Counted from the stretch's first letter, positions 29,198 to 44,000 are shown. The stretch is 64,000 bases of DNA from Octopus vulgaris (GCA_951406725.2 OX597826.1:60264001-60328000), one strand, 5' to 3'. Notes: generated by a model not told the origin, from the sequence alone. Translations and numbers: made by a program.

Positions 29198-30132
29198 ATT
29201 CACTCATTCACTCACTCACTGCTGTACAGTTATTATCTAATTATTTGATTTTTCCTATAAGGAAGTAACTGGATTCTAACAGACACAACGCTCCGTCGAT
29301 GAAATTTAGATAGATAAAACAACGTGATTTATTATTGTGTGTAACACACACAATAATAAATCGGTTTCATTCGAAAAATACATAAAACTTTCAATTGTCT
29401 GTGGAATACTAAGCAAATAACAAACATTCTGATTCAAATAATATGCAGTTGAATTGATCGAACTGCTGGAATAATTCTCGTCGAAACCGACACAGACCCA
29501 TTTACATTTTTACCATATGTGTATGATGATATGTGTATCTCTATACATATATAAGTTATAAGTTCGTGATTGTCTGACCAAGAACGTTAACTGTTATCCT
29601 ACATAGTTGACTGTTGCAAATGCAAAGTTGTAAGAACATTAATTTCAGTTCACTGATCAATATAACTTATCTTATAGCTCCAAGCTTTTGTAACGTGTTG
29701 TTTGCTTGAATTCTCGTAGATTATTATTGATAGCAAGGTCTTTGTTTTCACTCCGCTTGGCGATAACCTATCTCCAAAACTTTGCACAGATTTTCGGACA
29801 CTAAGAGTAAAGGTAAATCTTTTTTAATATTGTTTTGTTTTAGTGTAACAGGATCCTTTGCGTGGCACACACCCTCATCTATGCCTCAGTATATTTTACA
29901 TTTAGTCTTATTTCTATACCTCTCACTTACTCACTCACTCACTCACTCACTCACTCACTCACTCACCCACTCACTCACTCACTCACTCACTCACTCTCTC
30001 ATTCACTCACTCACTCACTGCTGTACATGGATGCATAATCTGTATCTAATTATTTTGGTTTCTCCTATAAGGAAGGAACTAGTTTCTAACAGACACAACG
30101 TTCCGTCGTTGGAATTTAGATAGTTAAAACAA
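29198..30132. repeat. Two ~125 bp direct repeats (29198-29322, 30001-30132), each led by (TCAC)n
   Basis: Shared cactgctgtaca...tcctataaggaag.aact...ttctaacagacacaacg.tccgtcg.tg.aatttagatag.taaaacaa. Confidence 0.8.
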
Positions 30133-30399
30133 TGCTACATTTTGAATGTGAGAAAGTCTTGCATATCTTTGCTATTCCAATTACAGGTCGTATTTGTGAT
30201 GTGCATTTAAGCTAGTTGATATTTATTTTCTGAAAACCCAAATCATTCCAAATTGGGACTTCAACATTCATTCACAAAACAAATACATCGATTATTACTG
30301 GTATAAATATGAATTTATAATCTGGGTGTAGAAACTGAATGCTTTGTGTCAGATACCCATAATTATATTTGCCTCCCTTTAATTTTCTAACAGGTATTC

Positions 30400-31680
30400 A
30401 TATCAGATGGTAACCGGATGGTAACACACAGGTAACCAGTGTGGCGGTACATTCTTTTATTTGCATGCCCTAATCTTTACTAGCCTGTTACTTTTGCACT
30501 TTGAAGTTTTATTGAGAATGTGTCACTAATAATCCTTGAACTGATGTTTATGTATTCAATAGCTAAGGAGTTTCTATATTTGTCCCAGTATAGATTTTTC
30601 CTCAAGTGGCATCTTATGTTTTAGCGACAACGTCATTTCGTATTTGGACTCAGATGATTACAGGAATGATATTTTCTTCAATTAAGTGACATAATCGACA
30701 TTTTCACTCGCATATTGGAGTTTAAAATGTTTCACTGTCTAACTTACTTTGTTACAATGTTCTGTTCTTGAATTGTAAATGCATTGCTTTTGAGGTGTGA
30801 TGAGGTGTAGTAATGAATAGTCCAAGAGAGGGTGTACTTTATGTGGATATATGTGTCATCTTCAAGTCTTCGAGAAACATTCCTATGCATAAAATGTTTT
30901 TCGTAATCTAATCAATAGAATGCTGAGGGTTGCACATCCAGGGCTTCTTTCAAGCATACTAGTCAAGTCGTTTTGGAGTTGTATGAGAAGTCGTCTCAGA
31001 GTACTACCTGAAGTGCTCACAGCCAGCACGTACGATGTTGCACTCTGTACTTTTCAACACTAGATTTATATACAATTGATTTATGCAGATACTCAGTTAG
31101 TTTTTGCTGCTGTTGCTTAGCATATACTATCGAAGTGATATCATATGATATCTGAGTGAAGTTTCCAGTGATATCAGGCGTCTACCTCCATTATTTCCAT
31201 TTAGGCACAAAGTGTTTGTATTTCTGCCTCTTTGAAGGTTCCTGTTTATGTCGGGATTTTGCAAGTTTTATTGTCTAGAAATGATATTTCCTCAATAGTT
31301 TAGTATCCCAAATATTGGTATCACAACTCTACTCTCAAAGCATTGAGGGGTACTATCTTGTTGCAAGAGAAGAATTCTGACAGTCGTATTTTGCTAATTC
31401 TGCTATTAAATCCTCGATTAATTCTATATTTATTCACAGTAATTTATTTTCATTAGTAATTTCATAGTAATATGTTTGCATCAGTTCCCAGGCATTTCTA
31501 CTATTCAATTTGCAGTACAAGTTAAATTGAGAGATCTTTGATTCAAAGATTTTTGTTTGGGTGGGCAACAGCTGTTCTTCTTTTTCGAGTATCACATACG
31601 AACATTTCTATTGATATAAATATATTCCCATGTCAGCTGAAAATGTCATAAGCTCCGCCTTTTTTGGCATGGTAACATTT
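30400..31680 (-). mobile_element. Heavily decayed R4-like LINE remnant
   Basis: Minus-strand remnants QYLGIL (~31310) and GGRRL (~31180) in the expected order; many stops; boundaries approximate. Confidence 0.45.
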
Positions 31681-31804
31681 TATGTATGTATGTATTGATT
31701 GATGGATGGATTGATGAGTGAATGGATGTATATATTTTCGTATGCGTGTGTGAATGTATGAAGGTATGTATCTATCTATGTATCTATCTATCTATGTATC
31801 TATG

Positions 31805-31935
<131 letters not shown>

Positions 31936-32561
31936 GCATAAGTAACGGTGACAGCTTACTTTGATATTTCACCAATACTCGTGAATCAACAGGTTTTGAA
32001 AAAAAAAGGAAATAAAAAACAGCATTAGCGAAACTTCGAGACAAACAGTTATTTTTATTAATGTTATTTTGACAGTACGGCTAGCGCGTATGTTTAGTAT
32101 ACTTATGTAAACAAACCTATTAAACAATCGATTATACACGCATACATATTTTCTCACAAACTAACAAACACATATACACACCAATATATAAGTTGTGTCC
32201 CAGTGTCCAGGCAATTATACAGGATGAAAAGAAGAGTGTGCGTTAAGGTACATTTCATACATTTTGTCTCACATGTAACAATAACGAAACCATATTATTA
32301 GACTTAGAAAATAAAATATATGACGTACTTCCACGGGTGTATATAGTTCTCCATGGCGGTGTTAATGCTGATAAAAAGCTAATTAAGGAAATATATTAAA
32401 TAATTAATCTCATGATGTATACGGTTAGAAGGTGAGCTGTATTAAATTTCTGTCATGGATATTTTATTCATACAACACACTGATTTCTAACCTACAGGAA
32501 ATTAGCTCTCATTCTGATGAAGCAGAAGAAAGCACTTAACCTCGCGTATAAATAAATAAAC

Positions 32562-33258
32562 TTTAATTTTTATTTATGCGACCTTTTCAAACCTAGCCAA
32601 TCTCATGGGCCCGGTTTCCCGGTTTCTATGGCGCATGTCTTCCCTTCCAGCTGGACGAGACGCCAGTCCATCGCAGCGTTACTCAAGAAACAGGAAGAAA
32701 GAATGACAGAAAGTTGGGGCGAAAGAGTACAACAGGGGTCGCTTCTACCCCCTGGAGGAGATTTGTGGAGCTTTAGGTCCACTGCCCTAACCAATTTATG
32801 CGCCCTTTTCAAGCCTAGCCAATCTCATGGGCCCGGTTTCCCGGTTTCTATGGCGCATGTCTTCCCTGCCAGCTGGACGGTACGCCAGTCCATCGCAGCG
32901 TTACTCAAGAAACAGGAAGAAAGAGTGAGAGAAAGTTGGGGCGAAAGAGTACAACAGGGGTCGCCTCCACCCCTTGGAGGAGATTTGTGGAGCTTTAGGT
33001 CCACTGCCCTAACCAATTTATGCGCCCTTTTCAAGCATAGCCAATCTCATGGGCCCGGTTTCCCGGTTTCTATGGCGCATGTCTTCCCTGCCAGCTGGAC
33101 GGTACGCCAGTCCATCGCAGCGTTACTCAAGAAACAGGAAGAAAGAGTGAGAGAAAGTTGGGGCGAAAGAGTACAACAGGGGTCGCCTCCACCCGCTGGC
33201 GGAGCCTCTTGGAGCTTTAGGTCCGCTGCCCTAACCACTGGGTCATTGCGCCTCCACC
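32562..33258 (-). mobile_element. Tandem trimer (222 bp period) of tRNA-headed SINE family C inside one 15 bp TSD
   Basis: Minus-strand head gtggaggcgcaatgacccagtggttagggcag (A box); body has ctgcgatggactggcgt..gtccag; TSD tataaataaataaac at 32547-32561 and 33259-33273. Confidence 0.85.
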
Positions 33259-33758
33259 TATAAATAAATAAACAATATATAATAAATGAAAAACCAACAA
33301 ACAAAATATATTACATAGATTATCTCTCGCTCAATAGTCACTATGCATTTGCATATGTAATGTATGCGCCGATCCCGGAGTGCTTTCAAAGGCAGACTAA
33401 CATTTGACTATTTGCAGAAACATTTCATTTGCATGCTGCCGATAACTATCCAAAGGAAATGCTCAATACCTTTGGCCCATATACCTAGGCACCTGTATTT
33501 TCGGAAGCATTACGTTGGATTGGAAAGAGCCGAAACATAAAGGATGGGAAAAGATAATGCAACGCTGCTCCTCTGACAGTAACGCTTAATCCAGTGGAGT
33601 AGAAAAATATTTTACAGCAATCCTATTTATGAGGTAGAGTAATTTCATAATAAGATACATAGACAGACACTCACACACTCACACAGATGTATATATATGT
33701 ATGTATATACATACATACATATATATATATACATATATATATATAAATATATGTATAC

Positions 33759-33807
<49 letters not shown>

Positions 33808-33839
33808 ATTATATATATATACATATATATACATATATA

Positions 33840-33904
<65 letters not shown>

Positions 33905-35827
33905 ATATATATACACACACATATTTGTAAACGTGTCTGCGGGCGCCTTTGTGAATAGAAATACGTATGTATGTGTGCTTGTATATACGTATGTATATAC
34001 AGAGTATAGGTAGATAAACAAAAGCCTGTCTGAAGATATTCAAAATATCAGACTAGCTTTCATTTTCTTCTTTGTTGTCACTGTTTTCGAGATGCCAAAT
34101 AAAAAAAAAAATGTCTGACATTGAAGATTTGTTGTTTAAATCTTGTATCAATAATCAATATTAGAAATAGTGTTTGCAGATATACGTTATTTATTGTGTA
34201 TATCGAGACACACTAAAATAAGAACTGGAAGCAAGGTATACAACTAAAACATATCGTAGACGTAGTCTTGTGACGTAGAGATATGATTTAAATATCTTGT
34301 ACTTTAACTCAGCTAGATGTAAATATTTACTTTTCTGTAAGATTTTTTTTCACTGCGTCTTCAACAAGACAAGAAATAATAACAGCTACAAAAACTGTTG
34401 CAACAATAGGAGAAGAGACAATAATGAAAAAAGAAAACGAACGCGATTCGCAGCATCAACCACAGGAGTACCCACAACAGTTTCAACCCACCTACCAACA
34501 ATATCATTGATGTTCCTGAGGACAGAAGTGAAGTAGTGGATTGTATCCAAAAACACACATATTAAACAACATATAGGGTAAAAAGAAAACAACATTCCTA
34601 CCTTAGAGTAAAAAATTTACAAGCATCTGATACAGACGATACCTGGAGACAGCTCGGAAATATTGAAGGCTCACCTATGTAATTAGAATTGTTTAGCAAG
34701 AATTTCAAGCCTAAATTTTTCATGGATTATTTCAAAGATTCCCAGGAAATAACCGAAAGTCATTAGCAATTTTATCTCACCACCATCTCATAATTAAGCT
34801 ATATTTATTTTCAAGATCTGGGTTGCCATTTGAAAAAGGAATCCCTTTCATGCGATCTCAAGCCAGCGGATTTAGACGTAGCAGACTTCGGTCAGACGAA
34901 GCTTCTTGAGAGTGATACGTATGATCTCTTTTTGCCGAATTCGAAATCAAGCGTCTTTTTGCTGACCTGGATAGAGTGCTATGAATACATCTCATTGAAA
35001 AGTCACGAATATAAAAGAATCCAAAATCTTACGTTTCTGATTCGCTTCGAGTGGTGTTCTCTTGTACGTCCTTATTCAGAATGAGTTCAATGCAGTTTCA
35101 TTATTTATTGTGAAAATTGTCTCTGCTATAGGACAGACGTAGCTATCAGATCAGTTTCCTTTCTTTGACCTGGAAGTGAAGGTAGTTTTCCTGTAGCTAG
35201 TAACTGTGCTGAATGAGTTTAAGTAATGAGCCTGATTCAATCTATAAAGCGTTGTAGTTTTCTTCTCAGGCATTGCTCACGCAAAAAAGTGTGAGGACAC
35301 GGAGAGCGGGGTACTGCACTCCGCTAAACTGTGTGCGAAATTGATGATACTGGAGAAATTGGTGTAGTTACATGATCTTAATCTACCTCAGCAAACTGTC
35401 GGCAGGAACTAGAAGAAGGCCATTGACTATGTTATATCTGAGTAATATAGATTTGTGTGTGAAGCGCCCTAAATCATATCTTGTGATTGTTCCCTGAAGG
35501 ATATCAGTAGCATTCAATTACTGTGGTAGGCTGAAACACGACTCCTTTTCTATATGCGTTTAATTGATCATATTTCAATTAGTCTGTAATATCGGCTCAT
35601 CCTTTTCTCTGTTTAAAATTATTGTTGATCCTATCTAATTATGTTCGATGCTATCTATCAGTTTCTTTGTCTAACCAGGAATTGATTTCACGCTAATTGA
35701 TTTAATTCTACCCGAACCGAATGAAGGTATCCAATCATGATCGACTGAGAATCAATGAGTCAGACACACCATCAGAGGGATTAACAATAACTAAGTTGAT
35801 GCTAGTGTAGGGACTACATACCCATAT

Positions 35828-36270
35828 ATTTCTTTACTACCCACAAGGGGCTAAACACAGAGGCGACAAACAAGGACAGACAAACGGATTTAGTCGATTA
35901 TATCGACCCCAGTGCGTAACGACTTAATTTATCGACCCCGAAAGGATGAAAGGCAAAGTCGACTTCGTCGGAATTTGAACTCAGAATGCAGCGGCGGACG
36001 AAATATCGCAAATCATTTCGCCCAGCGTGCTGACCTTTCTTATTTCTTTAGTACCCACAAGGGGCTAAACACAGAGGGGACAAACAAGGACAGACAAACG
36101 GATTAAATCGATTATATCGACCCCAATACGTAATTGGTACTTATTTAATCGACCCCGAAATGATGAAAGGCAAAGTCGACCTCGGCGGAATTTGAACTCA
36201 GAACGTAGCGTCAGACGAAATACAGCTAAGCATTTTGCCCGTGCTAACGTTTCTGCCAGATCGCCGCCTT
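35828..36270 (-). mobile_element. SINE family B dimer inside one 16 bp TSD
   Basis: Full copy 36270-36035 followed by a 5'-clipped copy 36032-35828; TSD gactacatacccatat at 35812-35827 and 36283-36298. Confidence 0.88.
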
Positions 36271-37225
36271 TTGTAGATATGTGACTACATACCCATATCT
36301 ACAAACATACATGGAATTAAAGTACCTTTTATATAGATAAGGTGAACCATTTCTTTGGCTGATGAGCTCAGAAGGAAACCAAAAATGTCTCTGACATCCT
36401 CCATATTTGTCAGGAGAAAATATTGACTGGGTGATTAGTGATTTTCCGGAAAATATTGTTTTCTCTTCATCTAGAACATGACCACGTATTTAATATCGAC
36501 ATATCTTTTTTTTTTATTTATCACTACGTATATTTCTTGTTAGTTATACAATGTCCTATACATTAAATACGTTAATAGATGGCAGCCTAACGCGGAAAAA
36601 GCAGATCGAGAATCTATTAAATTGATAAGACTTTCGAGCAGCAAGATCAACCAGAACAGAGAAGTGTGAAGTCTCTAGATAATAGTTTCATTGGGATACG
36701 ACTTCAGGGCGCATGTTGGCTGATAGGTGATTGCGGTAAATTATTTGCACACAGACAAATAATACACACTCACGCACACACGCACACACACACACACGCA
36801 TGTAGAGGCACACACATATCCATGCGCATATACACATGTGAGTGTGTATTTATATTCGTATGTATGTAAATGGATTATAAAGACACACACAGAGAACGTT
36901 GGCTTTTTTTTTTGCAAAGGAAAACACACCTGACTGCTATAGTTCAGGATTTCAGGTAATCTTTCCATTCTCTTGCTGGTCGATGTCTTTATCAATACTA
37001 GATCGACAACACCAACGCCCGAGGTTGCTTGTTATCACCCCGTCATCTATTACAAGTGCGTTTCATGTTTCCAAACAACAAATATGTTTATACAATCTAA
37101 GACATATTCTATTGTCTTTACACACACACACACACAGAGAAAAGACGTTCATACACATACATCAACATACGTATATGTACACATACACACACATACATAC
37201 ACACAGACACACACACACACATACT

Positions 37226-37311
<86 letters not shown>

Positions 37312-37529
37312 GTATATACATGCATATATGTATATAAACGTATATTTAAATACACACATATATACTTACATATAGATACGTATCTATTTATATGTGTTTG
37401 TATGTATGCATATATATGTATATCCACACACATACATATGCATATACATACACACACACACACACACACATATATATATGTATGTATATCTACGCACACA
37501 CACACAGATATTATTGCACTTAATCTGTA

Positions 37530-38750
37530 CGCGACGAGCTGGCAGAATGGTTAAAGCAACTCAGCGGAAGAAGAGTCTTGCAATGGTCTCTTCCGGCTCC
37601 TTACACGTCGAATTCAGACCCCATCGAATGCAAAGTTGCTTTCATTTCTCAGTGACCGATAAATTATGGTCCCATAAAGTCCCGTCCTCAATTGATTTGA
37701 GTAATTCCCCCTACCTCAAAAGCGCTAGGCTCATACCCTTAATACTAATTTTGATTTAATACTGTGGCTGTTATCGCTTACATTAATATTGGTTTCAAAT
37801 TCTAGCACTAGGCCAGCAGTTTTGGGGAAGGAGTTAAGTCGCTTACATTGACCTCCAGTACTCAACTTGAACTTATTTTATCAATCCCGAAATGATGAAA
37901 GGCAAAGTCGACCCGGCGGCGTTTGAACTAAGAACGTAAAGACGAACGAAATGCCGCTAAACATTTTTTCCGGTGTATTAACTATTCGGTAACTCCATGT
38001 AAGAAAGCGTGAGCACTCTGAATTGTTACCACGTTGGAAAAAAAAGGCTTAGTAACATTTTTTTTAGACTTTACGTTCTGAGTTCATACGTCACTGGTGT
38101 CAATTTTATCGTCCCTCTCAGGGACGTCACTGGTGTCAATTTTATCGTCCCTCTAAGGGACGATAAAATAAGTATCTCTTGAGTACTGGGGTCGATGTCA
38201 TTGATTTGTCTCCTCCCTGGAAATTCTTGGCCTGGTACCAAAATTTGAAACTAATATGAAAATTAAAGAGAAGTTACCGAGTATCCCGAAATTCATAGAG
38301 CTTAGAACTAAAATTGTCGCAGGCTTTCGCTGAGTTTATTAACGTTTCAATACAATTAAGTAAAGTTTTCCTTTACTGTTCTATAGTAAATAAAATAAAT
38401 TCTGCGCAAGTCCTATTTTAGATTTATCAGCTATAGCAGTTCGTCAAAATTTATAGCATGTCTGTCTATGGTAGAACGAACATTATTGTCATTATAAAAT
38501 GAGTACTGTCATCATTGTTATTGTTATACCATCAAGGCAGCAAGCTTCCATACACGCTGAGACGTCGCATAATATTGCCTAGCATTCGCTCCGACTCTTT
38601 ACATTCTGAACTGAAATATCACCGAAGTCAAATTTGCGATTCATCCTTTCGGGATCGATGAAGTAAAGCACTAATCAATCACCTCCGACGATTTCATATA
38701 CTCACTGCACTCCACTAAATTCTAGGCATTGTGCCTATAATAGAAACAAA
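37530..38750. mobile_element. Cluster of degenerate SINE family B copies on both strands
   Basis: Heads or cores at ~37530 (+), 37790-37990 (-), 38060-38230 (+, with a 36 bp tandem duplication at 38088-38162) and 38533-38745 (+). Confidence 0.7.
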
Positions 38751-39169
38751 ATCCAAAGGATTTCTTTCGTTAGCCCTTAAAACAGAGAACCTATCAAGTA
38801 CTTGGATAGTGTCCCTACAAATCACTTCCTTTAATAATAAATTGAATTAGGCCTAAATTAGAGGTACTTTGTATTAGCGATAAAGATGGCGGATTAACAC
38901 AATTGCCTAATTTGCTCCATTACTTTACGTTCTAAGTTCACATATAGTTTGGCTTGAGACATCTCAAAGAAAACTTCAATTCTAACTATTTGGCCGCAAC
39001 CGTGAATCGTGGAATTAATTCTATGATAACTTGGCTAGCTATATCACGGAATTTCTTTGCTCTCTTAATTGTTTGAGACAGCTCAAAGAAAGTTTCAACC
39101 ATTACTATTTGTCTGCAGCTGTGTCTCGTAGAATTGACAAGCCATATCACGGAGTTCTCTCGGGTCTTT

Positions 39170-39790
39170 AATTTTTCTACAAGGTAGAGTTGATGCCAAG
39201 TATCACGTGAGTTTTCTGGCTGATCACGTCCACCCTATATCACAAAAAAGTTTTCCTGATGATGGTGCAATAATCCAGGATTATAATGTATAGATTTTCA
39301 AAGAGCTACTAATACTCTTTTACGCTTTTACTTGTTTTAGTCATTTGACTGCGGACATGCTGGAGCACCGCCTTTAGTCGAGTAAATTGACCCCAGGACT
39401 TATTCTTTGTAAGCCTAGCTATTAATATTTTTATCGGTCTCTTTTGCCGAACCGGTAGGTTACGAGGACGTAAACACATCAGCATCGATTGACTAGTTGG
39501 GGGGGGGGGGACAATCACAGACACACAAATATATACACACACATACATATATGTATACATATATATGACGGGCTTCTTTCAGGTTCTGTCTACCAAATCT
39601 ACTCACAAGGCTTTGGTGGGGACTGAACCCGGAACCATGTGGCTAGTAAGCAAACTACTTACCACACAACCACTCCTGCGCCTATAATGTTATACAAAAT
39701 TGCAACGAAGGGTATAAAAGTAAAATAGAGTGTTTGGATTGAATCCCTCAATATCGAGACCCCATAAAGTTTTATGGTGCATTTTGAAGC
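39170..39790 (+). mobile_element. Tc1-like transposase remnant split by a SINE
   Basis: ADHVHPISQKSFPDDGAIIQDYN before the SINE and NVIQN...IECLD*IPQYRDP...LWCILK after it resemble Tc1 FQDDNAPxH and WPxxSPDLNxIExLW. Confidence 0.55.
39313..39683 (-). mobile_element. SINE family A copy with internal deletion
   Basis: Reverse complement of the 4517 copy; head accacacaaccactcctgcgcc. Confidence 0.9.
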
Positions 39791-41097
39791 TGTATGTGAT
39801 TGGCTTATCTGTCGACTCCAAGTAATCCCGCCTTCATCGCTGAAAGATACGAAGCAAGCTTCTTTTTAAGAATGACTCAAAGTGTAGCACACAACACACA
39901 CACACACACATACCACCACCACCACCACCACCACCAAAAAGACAAAAGAAAGGAACAAACTTTCAACTCCTGTGTAAGTAAGTAAAATTCTCGACGTACG
40001 AAAACTTTGATTGATTCGAAAGTTGGATCAAATCAGTTTAAACAAATAAAAATCCCATTTAATAACGTGTCTCTATGTTTTTGTCCAATCGCTGTTTTAA
40101 TACAAACATATATTTTCACACATGTATCTGTAGTGTGTGAAGACGTGTATAAATAGACATATGTGTGTGTGTGTGTGAATATATATGTATGCTTAAACGT
40201 ATATCTATATATCCACCTACACTACACACACAGACACACTTACACACACGTATGGACACACGCACACGTATACTGTCTATTTAAAAAAAAAGATTCATCC
40301 GTCAGCAACACCTGCGCTCAGTACAAACAGATATACGGAGGACAGTTAAGTAAGAGGAGGTAACCGTGATTTATCTCTAATAAACGTAAACTTTTCAAAT
40401 GGAGAAGTAGAATATATGTAAACAATATGAGAAACAAAAAGAAACGAGTTAAGAAACAAGTAAAAAAAAACAAAACAACAGTAAAAAACATGAGCAGCAC
40501 CAATAACAAAACCACGTAAATAAGTGAAAAATTACTAAACTAACAACAAACAAGAGAGAGTGAAAAATTGATTAATTGTAAATAGTGTCTGCTGATTGTT
40601 CCAATAGATAGTTGAAAATGGTAGGTTCGCAGTGAATATAGGATTATCGCAACTAAGGCCTTTTTGCAGATTTGTTTTATTTTTTCTTCACAAACTAATA
40701 ATTTTATTTGTTTGTTCCTTTGATGTTTTTATTTTTTCTCGTTATTCCCAGATATTTTCAACACTTGTTTTTGCTGTTTTAATTATTGTTTTCCTTTCTT
40801 CCAGTTGATTTTCACTTTTTCTTCAGTTATTCATACATTTTTTCTTTATTTTTTTTCTATTTTGCTTTTTTTTCTGCCTCTATTCTATATACTGTATTAT
40901 TTTCTCACTTAATTTTTATTTCAGTAACCTCATCGTCCTCACCTGATTTTACATCTTCATAGCCTCCTAATTTGTCTTTCTCTTTCTCTTCTATATATTT
41001 TCTTCTTTCACTTGTATTTGCCACCATAATTGTATTTAGACATACATAAATGTGTATAATATGCACACAAATATATATAAATGCATGTGTCAATATG

Positions 41098-41148
<51 letters not shown>

Positions 41149-42402
41149 ATAGGTGGGTGTATGTGTGTGTGGATAATATATAGATGCTGCATATACATAA
41201 ATTTATATTTAAACATACATTTAGTGTGTATATGAGAGTATCGACTGAGATGATCGTCATAATCAACATCATCGGCTACATCAACATTAGTAACCAAAAT
41301 CTACATCTTCATTATTAACAACAGCAATAACTACATTCACAGCAGAATATTTACCGTTGTTTTATATTTCTCATCTTCAAAACATTTCGGTTAATGCTAT
41401 TATGAATATTTTAATTTTTAAATCTATTTGATTTCCCGAGCTCCGCCTTGACGGGAATCACATTTAATCATATGACCTTCCGCTTCCAGAATAAGTATTA
41501 TAAGAACTCTTATATATATATATATATATATATAATAACATAAATAATATATAAACATATGCATATATACATACATATATGTACATACCTACATCTATAT
41601 GTGTATATACATGTATAAATATGGCTACAGGTCACCTAAAAAACGTAGAACAAAATGAGAAGCGAAAACATAAAAACAAAAACATGGAAACGAACTTATC
41701 TTCAAACAACGAAAAAACAGAGTACACGATATACAACACTAGAAATATTCCCCTTCTTCAGTTGTCCCTGTTTCGTCTACTCCAAGTTTTTTGGGTGTCC
41801 TGTACCCATATATGCATGTATATATACATATAGATGTAGGTATGTACATATATGTATGTATATATGCATATGTTTATATATTATTTATGTTATTATATAA
41901 TCGATCGCCACGCATCCATTTCCAAGCATATATATATATATATATATATAAATATATGCATGTGTGTATAAATGTGTGTGCGTTCGTGTATGTGTGTGTG
42001 TGTGTGTGTATAGCATGACTGTACAAGAATATTTTCGACTAAAATTCTCACACATATTTTTGTTCCCCCACCCGCCACCACTGAATATTAAATAATTCCG
42101 CGAATGGGAAAGCATGTTGTGATGTGAATTTCCTAAATACACGGTTGCGTTTGCGCCTATAGGACATAAACAGACCGTATTTTTAAATAATACTCTGAGT
42201 TTTTGGCACATGGCCAGTAATTTTATCGGTAGACAATGTCTCGAACCCTCGAAACCCGTTTTTGACTTGTACCCTATTTACTCGCCTCCGAAAATATAAA
42301 AGACAAAAATTGGCTGCGGCGAAATTTTCTCATTCTTATCTCCATAAGCATAAAGCATAAGTAAGAACAACATTGACAGCAACATAAAAACCAATATTTA
42401 CA

Positions 42403-42882
42403 ATGGCTGTGTGGTAAGAAGCTTGCTTCCCAACTACATGCTTTCGGTTTCAGTCACACTGTGTGACACCCTGGGCAAGTATCTTTTATTGTAGCGTTGG
42501 GCCGATTAAAATCTTCTGAGTGCATTTGGTAGACGGTCACTGAAAGAATCCCGTCGTGCATATTTATATGTGTGTGTGCGCGCGTGTGTGTGCGTGTGTG
42601 TGTGTGTGTGTGGGTGTGGGTGTGGGTTTCTGTGTGTGTGTGTGAATGTGTGTGTGTGTGTGTGTTTATGTCTGTGTCTGCCATCACCACTCAGCAACCG
42701 GTATTGCTGTGTTTATGCCACCGTAACTTAGCAGTTCAGGAAAGAGAACCCGACAGATTGAGTACAAAGTTTAAAAAAAGAATATGTCCTAGTGTTGATT
42801 TGTCCGACTGGAACCCTTCAAGGCGTTGCCCCAACATGGCGGCAGTCAAATTACTAAAACAACTAAAACAACTAAAAGAACA
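42403..42882 (+). mobile_element. Diverged SINE family A copy
   Basis: atggctgtgtggtaagaagcttgcttcccaac head, internal (TG)n, conserved 3' body; a partial copy also at 45469-45622. Confidence 0.82.
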
Positions 42883-43664
42883 AAAGAATAATACTTACGA
42901 ATATGTTTCATCAACTCCCATCATTACTTTTATAAAGCAATTGTAAACGTTATAGTAACTTCTTCATTACGGCAAGTGTATGAAAATGTTCATCATAAAA
43001 ATGTAAATAGGATTTCTTTAAAGTTTGATAGAACTTCTATGCATCATCTTGAGTGAGAGGGATATTGCTGCTGTTCTGCTGGTATTGCTCAGTGAAGCAG
43101 GTTACAGAGTGAAGAGTGCTATCGGAGAAATGAGCAAACAATTACCAGCTTCAATACAATGAGATTTAATACGCTGTATAAGGTGATATAGATCACATAA
43201 TCGATAAATTGATCTTATGCAGCAAGGATACGGAGGAGTGGAAGAAGAAGTAGATGTATAAGAAAGTAGATGGTATTGGAGGGAGGGAGAGGGGAAGAGG
43301 ATGTGTTATACATTAATAAGCGTTGTTACATAGCAACATTGTCGTAGTGTGATTCGGCTTGGAGGAAATTCTCGGTTCGTCGTAAAGTTGATGAATGGGA
43401 GCGTGAGACACGAAAATAATCATCTCAGTCTGGTGAAAACTGCTCACCGGCAAATTTTGTGTGTAAGCATACATACATACATACATACATACATACATGA
43501 CTGGATCGATGGGTGGATGGCTTGATGGATTTATATATGTATATATGTATGGCTGGACGGATGGATCGATTGATGGATTTATGAGAGGTACACAAACGTA
43601 AGCCTATTGTATTATTTACATTGTTTACATTTGACTGATATTGCTCCTCATCTTATTTGTTGTT

Positions 43665-43710
43665 AACACAACGTTTCGGCTGATATACCCTCCAGTCTTC
43701 ATCATGTGTC
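43665..43710 (-). ncRNA. Degenerate minimal hammerhead (core AUGAUGA)
   Basis: GACAC-AUGAUGA-A-GACUG(10 nt)CAGCC-GAAA-CG-UU-GUGUU. Confidence 0.55.
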
Positions 43711-43766
43711 TTGGGGAAATTTCAAACCTGGGTACTCATTCCTAAGGTATTTTTCGATGTAATTGT

Positions 43767-43900
<134 letters not shown>

Positions 43901-44000
43901 ATATTATTAGTATTATTAATAGTATTATTATTATTATTATTATTCATCCTACAGGAGGAGGTAGTCTCCACTCCAAGTTCGATTCCAAGCATTGACATGA

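Noticed and set aside
32628-33263. 211 aa repeat protein
   Set aside because: Antisense reading of a SINE trimer bounded by a TSD; no domain features.
34780-35700. Possible decayed LINE
   Set aside because: No motif could be recovered with confidence.
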